This document shows positions 21,168-30,856 of a stretch of 64,000 nucleotides of DNA, one piece after another. The position numbers and the translations under genes are program-made. Numbering within the stretch: position 1 is the first letter of the stretch; each line of letters starts with the position of its first letter. The notes beneath the pieces were generated by a model. It was not told the origin of the DNA, searched no databases, and saw nothing but the letters and a program-made list of their open reading frames with translations. The stretch is from Anaeromyxobacteraceae bacterium (GTDB lineage Bacteria; Myxococcota; Myxococcia; Myxococcales; Anaeromyxobacteraceae), in contig JAULAX010000017.1 in the NCBI GenBank assembly GCA_032654565.1, positions 192,001 through 256,000 on the forward strand. The letters run 5' to 3'.

Positions 21168-21893
21168 ATGAGGACGGGATCGACGCAGCGCGGCAGCAGG
21201 GAGTTCGATGAGCTGGCCCCCTACCTGAAGGCGGTGCGCGACTTCCCGCCGCTCACCCGCGAGGAGGAGCACAAGGCGGCGGTGCGGGCCCGCAAGGGTG
21301 ACGTGGCCGCCAAGCAGAAGCTGGTCCGGCACAACCTGGCCTTCGTGGTGGCCATCTCCCGCAAGCAGCGGCGCGGCACCGTCCGGCTCGACGACCTGAT
21401 CCAGGAGGGGAACGTGGGGCTGATGCGCGCGGTCGAGAAGTTCGACCCCGGCGCCGGGACCCGCTTCTCCACCTACGCGGTCTGGTGGATCCGCGCCTAC
21501 GTCGGCAAGTACCTCAAGGAGGCGCGCAGCACCGTCCGGCCGCAGAGCGGCACCGTGGCCCAGCCGGACATGTCGCTCGACAGCGCCGTCGACGAGGACG
21601 GCGAGACCACCCACCTGGAGCGGATCGAGGACGACGGCCCGGGGCCGGAGGACCTCTACCTGCAGACCGAGGGGGACCGCGACGTGCGGGAGGCCCTCGG
21701 CAAGGTCCGCAAGCGCATCGGCGAGCTGGGCTGGGACATCGTCCACAACCGGCTGGAGCAGGACCAGCCCCGCACCCTGGAGGAGATCGGCAAGCGCTGG
21801 GGGGTTTCGCGCGAGCGGGTCCGCCAGGTGGAGCTGAAGACCAAGCAGTTCCTGGAGCGGTACCTGACCGACGAGGAGCGCGACGCCGCCTAG
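21168..21893 (+). CDS. Sigma-70 family (RpoH/RpoD-like) sigma factor, compact form
   Basis: Region 1.2 PYLKAVRDFPPLTREEE; region 2 DLIQEGNVGLMRAVEKFDP..RFSTYAVWWIRAY; region 4 TLEEIGKRWGVSRERVRQ. Start could be GTG 21159. Confidence 0.92.
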   Translation: MRTGSTQRGSREFDELAPYLKAVRDFPPLTREEEHKAAVRARKGDVAAKQKLVRHNLAFVVAISRKQRRGTVRLDDLIQEGNVGLMRAVEKFDPGAGTRFSTYAVWWIRAYVGKYLKEARSTVRPQSGTVAQPDMSLDSAVDEDGETTHLERIEDDGPGPEDLYLQTEGDRDVREALGKVRKRIGELGWDIVHNRLEQDQPRTLEEIGKRWGVSRERVRQVELKTKQFLERYLTDEERDAA

Positions 21894-21964
21894 CGCCCGC
21901 CCGACCGCTGCATCGCCTCATCCCGCGCCCGCCCCGGACACCTCCGGAGCGGGCGCGGTCGCGT

Positions 21965-21980
21965 CGGCACCGACCGTGCA
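21965..21980 (+). promoter_or_regulatory. Putative sigma-54 promoter of the fliH-fliI-fliJ-like trio
   Basis: CGGCACCGACCGTGCA (GG-N10-GC), about 70 nt upstream of ATG 22052. Confidence 0.45.
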
Positions 21981-22051
21981 CCAGCCAGCTCCATCGCCGC
22001 CTCGCGGGCCTGCCGGTCCGCGTCCAGGGCGAAGAACACGGGAGGCAGGGC

Positions 22052-22669
22052 ATGGAGCGCAGCCGGGTGGTGAAGGTGGGCAAGGGGGCGGAAGCACGGC
22101 CACGGCGGCGCATCTCGGCCGCCGAGTGGATGGGGGCGGAGCGGGCCGAGGCCCTGGTGGCCAGCGCCGAAGCCGAGGCGGAGGCGGTCCGCGACGCGGC
22201 CGGCCAGGTCCGCGCCGCGGCCCGCGAGGAGGGACACGCCGAGGGGCTGCGGGCGGCCGCCGCCCAGGTGGAGGAGCGCGTGGCCTCGCTGGCCGAGGCC
22301 CAGGCCCGCTGGCTGGCCCGCGCCGAGGTGGAGGCGCTCGACCTGGCGGTGGAGATGGCCCGGCGCATCCTCGGCCGGGAGCTGCGGCTCGACCCGGCCG
22401 CGGCCAGCGACGGGGCGGTGGCCACGCTCCGCGCCGCCGGGCGGCGGCGGACGCTCCGGGTTCGGCTCCACCCCGACGGCGTGGCCGGCCTGCGGGAGCG
22501 ACGGCCGGCGCTGGCCGAGGCGGGCGCCGGCGCCACCCTGGAGCTGGTGGCGGACCCGGCCCTGGCCCCCGGCGACGTGGTGGTGGAGACCGAGGCCGGG
22601 CAGGTGGACGGCCGGATCGCCACCCGCCTGGAGGGGTACCGGGCGGCGCTGGGCCGGGACGCGGCGTGA
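22052..22669 (+). CDS. FliH/SctL-like export ATPase stator
   Basis: AREEGHAEG repeat, LAVEMARRILGREL, RVRLHPD, DPALAPGDVVVETEAGQVDGRI; GGAGG RBS. Confidence 0.85.
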   Translation: MERSRVVKVGKGAEARPRRRISAAEWMGAERAEALVASAEAEAEAVRDAAGQVRAAAREEGHAEGLRAAAAQVEERVASLAEAQARWLARAEVEALDLAVEMARRILGRELRLDPAAASDGAVATLRAAGRRRTLRVRLHPDGVAGLRERRPALAEAGAGATLELVADPALAPGDVVVETEAGQVDGRIATRLEGYRAALGRDAA

Positions 22670-23985
22670 CGGCGCCGTCCCTCCGGGATCGCCTCGACCG
22701 GCGGCTCGCCGCGCTGGACCGGGCCACGCCGCTGCGGCTCACCGGCCGGCTCACCCAGCTCTCCGGGCTGGCGCTGGAGGCGGCCCTGGCCGGGCCCAGG
22801 CTCGGTGACCTGGTCGAGGTGGAGCGGCCGGGCGCGCCGCTGCTGGCCGAGGTGGTCGGGCTGCGGGAGGAGCGGGCGGTGCTCCTGCCGCTCGGCGACC
22901 CGGCCGGCGTCGGGCTCGACGCCACGGTCCGCCCCCGCGGCGAGCCGCTCACCGTGGGCGTGGGGGAGGGGCTGCTGGGGCGGGTGCTCGACGGGCTGGG
23001 CCACCCCATCGACGGCCGGCCGCCGCCGGCGGGGCTGGTGCCCTGGCCGGTGGACCGGCCGCCGCCGCACCCGCTCACCCGCCGGCGAGTCGCCGAGCCG
23101 ATGCCGTTCGGCGTCCGGGCGCTCGACGGGCTGCTCACCGCCGGGCGGGGGCAGCGGCTCGGGCTCTTCGCCGGCGCCGGCGTCGGCAAGTCGACGCTGC
23201 TCGGGCAGATGGCTCGCGGCGCCCGGGCCGACCTCTCGGTGATCTGCCTGGTGGGGGAGCGGGGGCGCGAGGTCGGCGAGTTCCTCGAGGAGGCGCTGGG
23301 GCCGGACGGGCTGGCGCGGAGCGTGGTGGTGGTGGCCACCAGCGACGCCCCGGCGCTGGTCCGGCTGCGGGCGGCCCACGTGGCCACCGCCATCGCCGAG
23401 TGGTTCGCCGAGGGCGGGGCCGAGGTGCTCTTCCTGCTCGACTCGGTCACCCGGTTCGCCCGGGCCCAGCGGGAGGTGGGGCTGGCGGCCGGCGAGCCCC
23501 CGGCCCGTCAAGGCTACCCGGCCTCGGTCTTCCAAGCGCTGCCGCGGCTGCTGGAGCGGACCGGCAACCGGGCCCGGGGCGGGATCACCGCCGTCTACAC
23601 CGTGCTGGTGGCCGGCGGCGACCTGGAGGAGCCCATCGCCGACGAGGTGCGCGGCATCCTCGACGGCCACGTGGTGCTGGAACGGCGGCTGGCCGAGCGC
23701 GGCCGGTTCCCGGCCATCGACGTGCTGGGGAGTGTCTCGCGGGTCATGCCGCGGGTCACCAGCGCCCCCCACCGCGCGGCCGCGGCGAGGGTCCGCACGC
23801 TGCTGGCGGCGCTGGAGGCGAGCCGGGAGCTGGTCCAGCTGGGGGCCTACGAGGCGGGGCGCGACCCGGAGCTGGATCGGGCCCTGGCGCTCCAGGGGGA
23901 GCTGGAGGCCTTCCTGCGGCAGGGTGCGGAGGAGGACGAGCCCTTCGAGGCGACCCTGGCCCGGCTGGAGGCGCTGGCGTCATGA
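22666..23985 (+). CDS. FliI/SctN type III export ATPase
   Basis: Walker A GLFAGAGVGKST, GERGREV, Walker B FLLDSVTRFA, EPIADEVRGILDGHVVL; GTGA overlap with the FliH-like gene. Confidence 0.93.
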   Translation: MTAPSLRDRLDRRLAALDRATPLRLTGRLTQLSGLALEAALAGPRLGDLVEVERPGAPLLAEVVGLREERAVLLPLGDPAGVGLDATVRPRGEPLTVGVGEGLLGRVLDGLGHPIDGRPPPAGLVPWPVDRPPPHPLTRRRVAEPMPFGVRALDGLLTAGRGQRLGLFAGAGVGKSTLLGQMARGARADLSVICLVGERGREVGEFLEEALGPDGLARSVVVVATSDAPALVRLRAAHVATAIAEWFAEGGAEVLFLLDSVTRFARAQREVGLAAGEPPARQGYPASVFQALPRLLERTGNRARGGITAVYTVLVAGGDLEEPIADEVRGILDGHVVLERRLAERGRFPAIDVLGSVSRVMPRVTSAPHRAAAARVRTLLAALEASRELVQLGAYEAGRDPELDRALALQGELEAFLRQGAEEDEPFEATLARLEALAS

Positions 23986-24419
23986 ACTGGAGGCTGGCGC
24001 GGCTGCTCGACCTGCGCCGCCGGCGGCGGGACGAGGCGGCGACGACGCTGGCGCGGGCGGTGGCCAGGCAGCAGGCGGCTGCGGCCGAGGCGCGGGCGCT
24101 CGAGCAGCAGGCCGACGGGACCACGGCCCGGGCGCTGCGGGCCGGGGTGGGGGGAGACGCGGCGCGGTGGGCGGCGCGGCTGCGGGGCGAGGCGGCGGCG
24201 CTCCTCCTCCAGGCGGCGCAGGCCGAGACCCGGGCCCGGCTCGAGGAGGCGGGGCTGGCCGGTCCCCGCGAGGCCCTGCGCCGCGCGGGGCTCGACCAGG
24301 GCGTGCTGGAGCGGCTGGAGTCGGCCTGGCTGGCGACGCGGCGGCAGGCGGCGGCACGACGCGCCGAGGCGGCGCTCGACGATCGGCCCTGGGTCCGTGG
24401 AGGCGCGGCGCCGCGGTGA
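23982..24419 (+). CDS. FliJ/SctO-like coiled-coil protein
   Basis: 145 aa, Ala/Arg-rich and helical, MNWRLARLLDLRRRR...EAALDD; ATGA overlap directly after the ATPase. Confidence 0.6.
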   Translation: MNWRLARLLDLRRRRRDEAATTLARAVARQQAAAAEARALEQQADGTTARALRAGVGGDAARWAARLRGEAAALLLQAAQAETRARLEEAGLAGPREALRRAGLDQGVLERLESAWLATRRQAAARRAEAALDDRPWVRGGAAPR

Positions 24420-24440
24420 GGCCTGCGGGAGCTCCGCCGC

Positions 24441-25010
24441 TCAGCGCTTCTCGACCAGCGGGAGCGAGACCCGACCTTGCTGGCACTGCACCGTCAGCTT
24501 CAGCGGCCGGTAGGCGGCGCCGGGGGGCTGGTCGTCGCTCAGGAAGTCCTCGATCCGCGGGGTGACGGTGTCGCCCGGCCGGATGGTCCGGCGCTTCTCG
24601 TAGCGCCAGGTGTCGTCGAGGACCAGCACCACCTCGGTCCAGATGGTGCCGTCCGACTCGTTGCGGAGCGAGAGCACCTGGCCGACGCTGGTGGACTGGA
24701 GCCGGGCGGTGGCGCCGAGCGAGTTGGCCGGCCCCGAGGACGGGCAGGCCGCCCACAGGGTGACGAGGGCGAGCAGGGCCCAGGTGCCCACCACCGTGGC
24801 CTTGAGCCGGGCCGTCCGGTTGGACTTCTTCAGCCCGTCGACGACGTCCGAGGCCAGGTCGGTGGCCAGCCCCACGGCGGCGTCCCTGGCCCGGCCGGCG
24901 GCGGCCAGCGGCGCGGCGCTGCGGCTGGTCCTGGCCTGCGGCACGGGCGGCGGCGCGGGCCGGGGCACGGGAGGCGGCATGGGAGGCGGCATGGGCGGGG
25001 GCGTCGGCAT
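24441..25010 (-). CDS. Hypothetical membrane protein with Pro-rich N-terminus
   Basis: MPTPPPMPPPMPPPVP..., one TM segment (VVGTWALLALVTLWAA), beta-rich C-terminus; typical codon usage. Confidence 0.6.
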   Translation of the reverse strand: MPTPPPMPPPMPPPVPRPAPPPVPQARTSRSAAPLAAAGRARDAAVGLATDLASDVVDGLKKSNRTARLKATVVGTWALLALVTLWAACPSSGPANSLGATARLQSTSVGQVLSLRNESDGTIWTEVVLVLDDTWRYEKRRTIRPGDTVTPRIEDFLSDDQPPGAAYRPLKLTVQCQQGRVSLPLVEKR

Positions 25011-25143
25011 CGTCGGGGAGGGTAGCCCTGGCGCCGGGGGTGGGACAAGCCTGGTGCGTCGAACCGCCCAGCGCTTCGGCTCGAGCGCTGCCAGGGTCGA
25101 CCTGGCGCCGCCGGCGAATGGCCCCGCGGAGTAGGATGGAGCG

Positions 25144-26070
25144 ATGGAGTCGATCCGGATGGCGCCCGAGGTGGCCGAGGCGCTGGCGCGCGGCGGACCG
25201 GTGGTGGCGCTGGAGACCAGCGTGGTGGCCCAGGGGCTCCCGCCCCCGGCCAACCTGGAGGCCGCCGCCCGCTGCGCCGCGGCGGTGCGCGCCGCCGGAG
25301 CCGTCCCCGCCGCCATCGGGCTCATCGACGGCGCCGTCGTCATCGGCCTCGACGAGGAGGGGCTGGCGAGGCTGGGCGATCCGTCCCGCCACCCCGCCAA
25401 GGCCGGGGCGCGCGACCTGGCCCCGCTGCTGCGCGCCCGGCGCGACGCCGGGATCACGGTCTCGGCCACGCTGGTCATCGCCGCCCGGACCGGGATCCGG
25501 CTCTTCGCCACCGGTGGGCTGGGGGGCGTCCACCGGCTGGCGGCCGGCGCCGTGCCGCGCGGCGCCGCCGACGTCTCGGCGGACCTCGGCGAGCTGGCGC
25601 GGAGCCCGGTCTGCGTGGTCTCGGCCGGCCCCAAGGCCATCCTCGACCTGCCGGCCACCGCCGAGGCGCTGGAGACGCTGGGCGTCCCGGTGATCGGCTA
25701 CCGGACCTCCGAGCTGCCGGCCTTCTTCACCGACGGCAGCGGCGTGCGGCTCGAGCACCGCGTCGAGGGGCCCGGCGAGGCCGCAGCGCTGCTCCGGCTC
25801 CACTTCGAGACGCTGGGGCGCCCGCAGGGGATCCTGCTGGCGGTGGCCCCGCCGGAGCCGCTACCGCGCGCCGAGGTGGAGGAGGCCATCCTGCGGGCCC
25901 TGGCCGGCGCCGCCCGCGCCGGGATCACCGGGCCGGCGCTGACCCCGTGGCTGCTCTCCGCGGTCGCCGAGGCCACGGGTGGACGCACCCGCCAGGCCAA
26001 CCTGGCCCTGCTGGAGCGGAACGCCGCCGTGGCCGGCGAAGTGGCGGTGGCGCTGGCCCGCCCGGGGTAG
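25144..26070 (+). CDS. psuG: Pseudouridine-5'-phosphate glycosidase
   Basis: [41 protein letters not shown]. Confidence 0.9.
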   Translation: MESIRMAPEVAEALARGGPVVALETSVVAQGLPPPANLEAAARCAAAVRAAGAVPAAIGLIDGAVVIGLDEEGLARLGDPSRHPAKAGARDLAPLLRARRDAGITVSATLVIAARTGIRLFATGGLGGVHRLAAGAVPRGAADVSADLGELARSPVCVVSAGPKAILDLPATAEALETLGVPVIGYRTSELPAFFTDGSGVRLEHRVEGPGEAAALLRLHFETLGRPQGILLAVAPPEPLPRAEVEEAILRALAGAARAGITGPALTPWLLSAVAEATGGRTRQANLALLERNAAVAGEVAVALARPG

Positions 26071-26079
26071 AATGCCAGG

Positions 26080-26943
26080 GTGTCTCCACCCACCTACCGC
26101 ACCCCGGTCCACGTCGCCGACCCGGCCTCGCTCCAGGCGCTGATCACGGCGCTCCAGCCGGAGCCGGTGCTGGCGCTCGACACCGAGTCCAACAGCTTCC
26201 ACGTCTACCGGGAGCGGGTCTGCCTGCTGCAGCTCTCGTCCCCGTCGGCCGACTACATCGTCGACCCCATCGCCGTCGACGTGCGGCCGCTCGGCGCGCT
26301 CCTCGGCGACGGCCGGGAGCTGGTGCTGCACGGCGCCGACTACGACGTCCGCTGCCTGCGGCGGGAGTACGGCTGGCGGCTGCCGCGCCTCTTCGACACC
26401 ATGGTGGCGGCGCGCCGCCTGGGGCGCCCCGGGCTGGGGCTGTCGGCGCTGGTGGAGGCCCGGTTCGGGGTGCGGATGTCGAAGGCCCACCAGCGCTCCG
26501 ACTGGGGCCGGCGGCCGCTCTCCCAGGAGCAGCTGGTCTACGCCTCGCTCGACACCCAGTTCCTCCTGCCCATCGCCGAGGAGTTCAAGGCGGAGCTGGC
26601 GGAGAAGAAGCTGACCGAGCAGGCCGAGCAGGAGTTCCTGCGCCTCTCCGAGGTGGTGGCCAGGGAGCGGGTCTTCGACACCGAGGGGTGGCGGCGGCTC
26701 AAGGGGGCCCGCGCCCTCGACGCCGCCGGGCAGGGGGTGCTGCGGGCGCTCTGGCTGGCCCGCGAGGCCCGCGCCGAGCAGGAGGACCGGCCGCCGTTCA
26801 AGGTGCTGGGCGAGCCGACCATGGTGGAGATCGCCAGGCTCAAGCCGGCCAGCCGCGCCGCGCTGGAGGCCATCCCCGGGATCACGCCGCAGGTGCTGCG
26901 GCGGCTCGGCGAGGCCATCGACGCCGCGCTGCGGACCACCTGA
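26080..26943 (+). CDS. Ribonuclease D-family 3'-5' exonuclease with HRDC domain
   Basis: ALDTESNS, LHGADYD, FDTMVAA, SDWGRRPLS..QLVYASLD, REARAEQEDRPPFKVL. Confidence 0.88.
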   Translation: MSPPTYRTPVHVADPASLQALITALQPEPVLALDTESNSFHVYRERVCLLQLSSPSADYIVDPIAVDVRPLGALLGDGRELVLHGADYDVRCLRREYGWRLPRLFDTMVAARRLGRPGLGLSALVEARFGVRMSKAHQRSDWGRRPLSQEQLVYASLDTQFLLPIAEEFKAELAEKKLTEQAEQEFLRLSEVVARERVFDTEGWRRLKGARALDAAGQGVLRALWLAREARAEQEDRPPFKVLGEPTMVEIARLKPASRAALEAIPGITPQVLRRLGEAIDAALRTT

Positions 26944-26953
26944 GCCAGGCCGG

Positions 26954-29120
26954 CTAGAAGCCGACGCCGGCCCCGGCCGCCGGGATCGGCGCCGCGGCGT
27001 CGAGCAGCGGCGGCAGCCCCGCCAGCCGCCGGTAGACCTCGCGGGTGGAGAGCACCGTCTTCACGTAGGTCCGGGTCTCCTTGTAGGGGATGTTCTCCAC
27101 CCACTCGTCGAGCAGCTGGCCGGCGCGGGCGGCGCTCCAGGCGGCCGGCGGACCGGGGCCGGCGTTGTAGGCGGCGACGGCGCCGGCGTCGCTCCCGAAC
27201 CGCTCGCCCAGCAGGCCGAGGTAGAGCGCCGCCAGCGGCAGGTTGGTGGCCGGGTCGTCGAGCCCGTCGACGGTGGCGCCGGACAGGCCGACGAGCAGGC
27301 CGAGCCGGTCCGCCGTCCGCGGCAGCAGCTGGCCGAGCCCGACGGCGCCGGCCAGGCTGCGGGCCTCCGGGCGGAAGGCCGACTCGCGCCGCAGCAGCGA
27401 GAGGAGGAGCTCCTCGTCGACGCCGGCGCCGCGCGCCGAGGCCGCCACCTCCGGCTCGAAGGCGGCCGGAAAGAGCCAGCGCTCGCTGGCCTGGGTCTGC
27501 CCGAGCAGGTCGCGCGCCACGCGGAAGGCCAGGGCCGGCTCCCCGGCGAAGGTGGCGAGCCGGCAGACCTCCACGGCGGTGGCCCGGGAGGCGCCGCGCT
27601 GCGCCAGCCCCTCCAGCGCCGCCACCCCGGCGTCGCGCCAGCCGAGCGACAGGAGCGCCGCCGCCACGGCCAGGCGGCCGGCCGGGGCGGCCTCGAGCGG
27701 TCCGGGGGGGCGGAGCTCGACGGCCGGAACCGGCGACGGCGCGGCGCCGAGCGCGGCCAGCCGGCTGCGCGCCAGCCACCCGTACCAGCCGTCACCAGCG
27801 GCCAGGGCCGCCCGGCGCAGCCGCTCCCGGTTCCCGCCGAGTCGCCCCTGCCAGTAGAGGGCGGCGTCGGCCAGCGGGCCACGCTCCAGCCGGGAGAGCC
27901 GGGCCAGCGCCCCGCGCCGATCCCCGGCGCGCAGCATCGACCAGGCGGCGAACCACTGGGCGTCGTCGGCGCGCGGCGAGGCGGGGCGGGAGCGGGCGAA
28001 GGCGTCGAGCCGGGCCGTGGCCTTCGGGTAGTCGCCGGTGTCGTACCAGAGCCAGGCCGCCAGGTAGGCCGCCTCGTCGCCCAGCTCACGGCTGCGTCGC
28101 TCGCCCAGCCCGGGGACCGGCGCCTGGCCCTCGGCCACCTGCGCGTAGCGGCTGGTCGCCTCTTCGACCTGGCCGGCCCGGGAGGCGGCCCGGGCCAGCA
28201 GCCAGAGGGCGCCGCGGCGGACGCCGGGGTGGCGCGAGGCCGCCAGGGGCCGGGCCGCCTCCACCGCCTCGGCGAGCCGATCCAGGCCGGCCAGCGCCAG
28301 CAGCCGGACCAGGGCCGCCGGTTCGGCCGGGGCGGGCGGCAGGCTCCGGGGGGCCAGCTCGGCCTCGGCCAGCGCCTCGGCGGGCCGGCCGCGCTGCAGC
28401 AGCCGCTCGGCCCGGCGCAGCCGGTCCTCGCCGCCGAGCCGGGCGCGGGCGCCACCGGCGGCGGCCCAGCCGGCCAGCGCCGCCGCCGCCTCGGCCCCCT
28501 CGGGCCGGTCCGGCTCGTCGAGCGCCAGCCCCCGGTAGAGCACCAGCGCCTCCTCCTCCCGCCCCGCCAGCCGGCGGGCCCCGGCCAGGAGCAGCCGGCC
28601 GCGGCGGGCCTGGGCCTCGTCGGAGCCACTGCCCAGCAGCCCCTCGAGCCGCAGGGCGGCCGGGCCGACCCGCCCCGCCGCCAGCAGCCCCTCGGCCTCC
28701 AGCCAGCGCGCCCCCAGCGAGACCGACGCCGGCCCTCGCTGCGCCGCCTCGGCCAGCACCGGCAGCGCCTCGGCGGGCCGCCCGGCCCCGACCAGCGCCC
28801 GCCCCAGGGCGAGCCGCAGCGCCCCCTCCAGCCCTCCGGGCGGGGCGACCAGGGCCGCCCGCAGCGGCTCGATGGCCTCGGCCGGCCGCTCCACCGCCAG
28901 CAGCGCCAGCCCCTGGGTGGCGGCGGCGCTGGCCCCGATCGGCCCGTGGGGGAGGGCGGAGCGGGCCTGGCGGGCCGCCAGCTGGCTTGCGGCCGGGTCG
29001 CCGCGCCGGAGGGCCTCGGCGCTCCTGCCCAGGGCGGTGAGCGCTTCGCAGAGCGGTTCGGCGGCCAGCGCCGGGGCGGCGGCCAGCAGGGCGAGCAGGG
29101 CCAGGGCCGGGCGCCACCGG
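26954..29120 (-). CDS. Soluble lytic transglycosylase with TPR repeats (start uncertain)
   Basis: C-terminal SLT motifs LLRRESAFRPEARSLAGAVGLGQL, AAYNAGPG, ENIPYKETRTYVKTV; signal-like RPALALLALLAAAPALA. Confidence 0.85.
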
Positions 29121-29281
29121 GAGCCTGACCTGGAGCCCGGATCCGGGCCGGAGGCGGGGGGGCTTGCAACCCCGGATCGCGACGCGCTATGGACGATGAA
29201 TCCCCTGACCTGGCCCTCACGATCATGGCGGCCAGCGTGCCTCAACGACGTGGTGGCTCCCCCGGCCACCAGGAGGTCGCC

Positions 29282-29506
29282 GTGCTCGCCAAGCCCTGCC
29301 CCACGGAACTGGTCAGCCTGATCAACCCGGACCGCGGCCTCGACGGCCAGCGGAACCTGTTCTGCACCCACTACGACGCCTGCCTCGACGAGGCCATCCG
29401 CCAGGGCTGGAACAGCTGGTGCTGCACCCGCTGCGGGCTGAGCGCCGTCGGCCCGGGCGAGGCCGACAGCATCGACACCTTCGCCACGCAGCGCCGGATG
29501 GCGTAG
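29282..29506 (+). CDS. Small Cys-rich putative metal-binding protein (74 aa)
   Basis: AGGAGG RBS then GTG; KPCPTEL...RNLFCTHYDACLDEAIRQGWNSWCCTRC. Confidence 0.7.
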   Translation: MLAKPCPTELVSLINPDRGLDGQRNLFCTHYDACLDEAIRQGWNSWCCTRCGLSAVGPGEADSIDTFATQRRMA

Positions 29507-29526
29507 CGCGGCCCGAGGCGGGCGGC

Positions 29527-30801
29527 TCACCGGGCCGCCGCCGACAGCACCGGGTTCCCCGCCGCGTCGCGCGGGGGCTCCACGATCACCTCGGTCAGGT
29601 AGACCACCGGTCCTCCTCCCGGCAGCCGGGCGCGGGCGATGCCGACGCCGGCCAGGGTGGGACCCCTGGAGAGCAGGTTGTCGCGGTGGGCCGGGCTCTC
29701 CTCGGTGGCCTCGTGGGCGGAGAGCGCCGTCTGCCCCTTGGCCAGGTTCTCCAGCGCCTTGCGGAACGGGATGCGGGCGCGGCGCAGCCGCTCGCCGAGG
29801 TCGCCGGTGCCGGGCAGGACGTGCGCCAGCAACCCCAGCCGCAGCATCTCGGCGCTGTGGGCCCGGGCCACCGATCGCAGGGCGGGCGAGTGCTCGAGCG
29901 GCGGCAGCCCGTGGCGTCGCCGGGTCTCGTTCATGGCCTCGAGGACGCCGGCCTCGGCGGCGGCGGGGTCGTCCGGCTCCGGCTCGATCCTGGCCGCGGG
30001 GGGGGGCGGCAGCTCCGGGCCCGCGCTGACCGCCAGCAGCGCCAGCACCTCCGGGCCGTTGAGGCCGCGCCCCACCACCTCGACCAGCCAGCGCCCCGGC
30101 CGGTCGAAGCGCAGCTCCGCCCTGAAGCGCCGGGCGCCGGTGACGGGTCGCTCCAGGACGGTGCCGTCGGGGGCGGTCACGAAGAGGCGGGGCTCGGCGA
30201 GGCCGGTGACCAGCTCTCCCTCCAGCACGGCCGCCTCGCCCACCGCCACGGCGCGGGGGAAGGGGCGCAGCGGCGCCCGGCGCGGCGAGGCCAGCACCAC
30301 CAGCCAGGCAGTCCCGCCGCGCTCCACCACGCCGGCCCCGAGGTGGCTGGCGAAGGAGCGGCTGGTGATCACCGGCGGCAGGGCCTCGGCCACCCGGGCC
30401 GGTGGGCCGGAGATCAGGTAGGCCAGCGGCGCCGGGTCGGCCGCGGCGGCGCTCCAGAGCGCCGACCGGAGGTGGGCCCGCGAGAGCGGCGACGGATCGC
30501 CGGCGGCGGCCAGCGCCGCCAGCTCGCGGGCGGCCAGGGAGAGCACGGCGGAGCGGGCCGGGGCGGGGTCTCCCGGGCGATGGAGCAGCGGCCCGGCCAG
30601 GGCCATGGCGCGAAGCTCCACGGCGGAGAGCTCGATGGCCGGCTCGAGGCCGTAGCGGAGCCTGGCGAGCGACGCCGGCGGGGCGCCGACGCCGGGCGTG
30701 GCGCCGGGACCAGCGGCGGGGGCGGCGCGGGGCGGGGCGGCGGCGCACCCGGCGGCCGCGACCAGCGCCACGGCGTGGAGGAGGGCGCGCCCCGGGGTCA
30801 C
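29527..30801 (-). CDS. CAP (SCP/PR-1) domain lipoprotein
   Basis: Lipobox AAAGC; NETRRRHGLPPL, ARAHSAEM, ENLA, SPAHRDNLL. Confidence 0.82.
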   Translation of the reverse strand: MTPGRALLHAVALVAAAGCAAAPPRAAPAAGPGATPGVGAPPASLARLRYGLEPAIELSAVELRAMALAGPLLHRPGDPAPARSAVLSLAARELAALAAAGDPSPLSRAHLRSALWSAAAADPAPLAYLISGPPARVAEALPPVITSRSFASHLGAGVVERGGTAWLVVLASPRRAPLRPFPRAVAVGEAAVLEGELVTGLAEPRLFVTAPDGTVLERPVTGARRFRAELRFDRPGRWLVEVVGRGLNGPEVLALLAVSAGPELPPPPAARIEPEPDDPAAAEAGVLEAMNETRRRHGLPPLEHSPALRSVARAHSAEMLRLGLLAHVLPGTGDLGERLRRARIPFRKALENLAKGQTALSAHEATEESPAHRDNLLSRGPTLAGVGIARARLPGGGPVVYLTEVIVEPPRDAAGNPVLSAAAR

Positions 30802-30856
30802 GGCGCCGCCCGGTGGCGTGCGGTGCGGCCGGGGAGGGGCGGGGCCGGCGCGGCCG

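Noticed and set aside
26954..30748. 1264-aa ORF as one giant transglycosylase
   Set aside because: The N-terminal ~540 aa is an off-frame overlap of the CAP gene and antisense to the small Cys protein; the real protein begins near 29120
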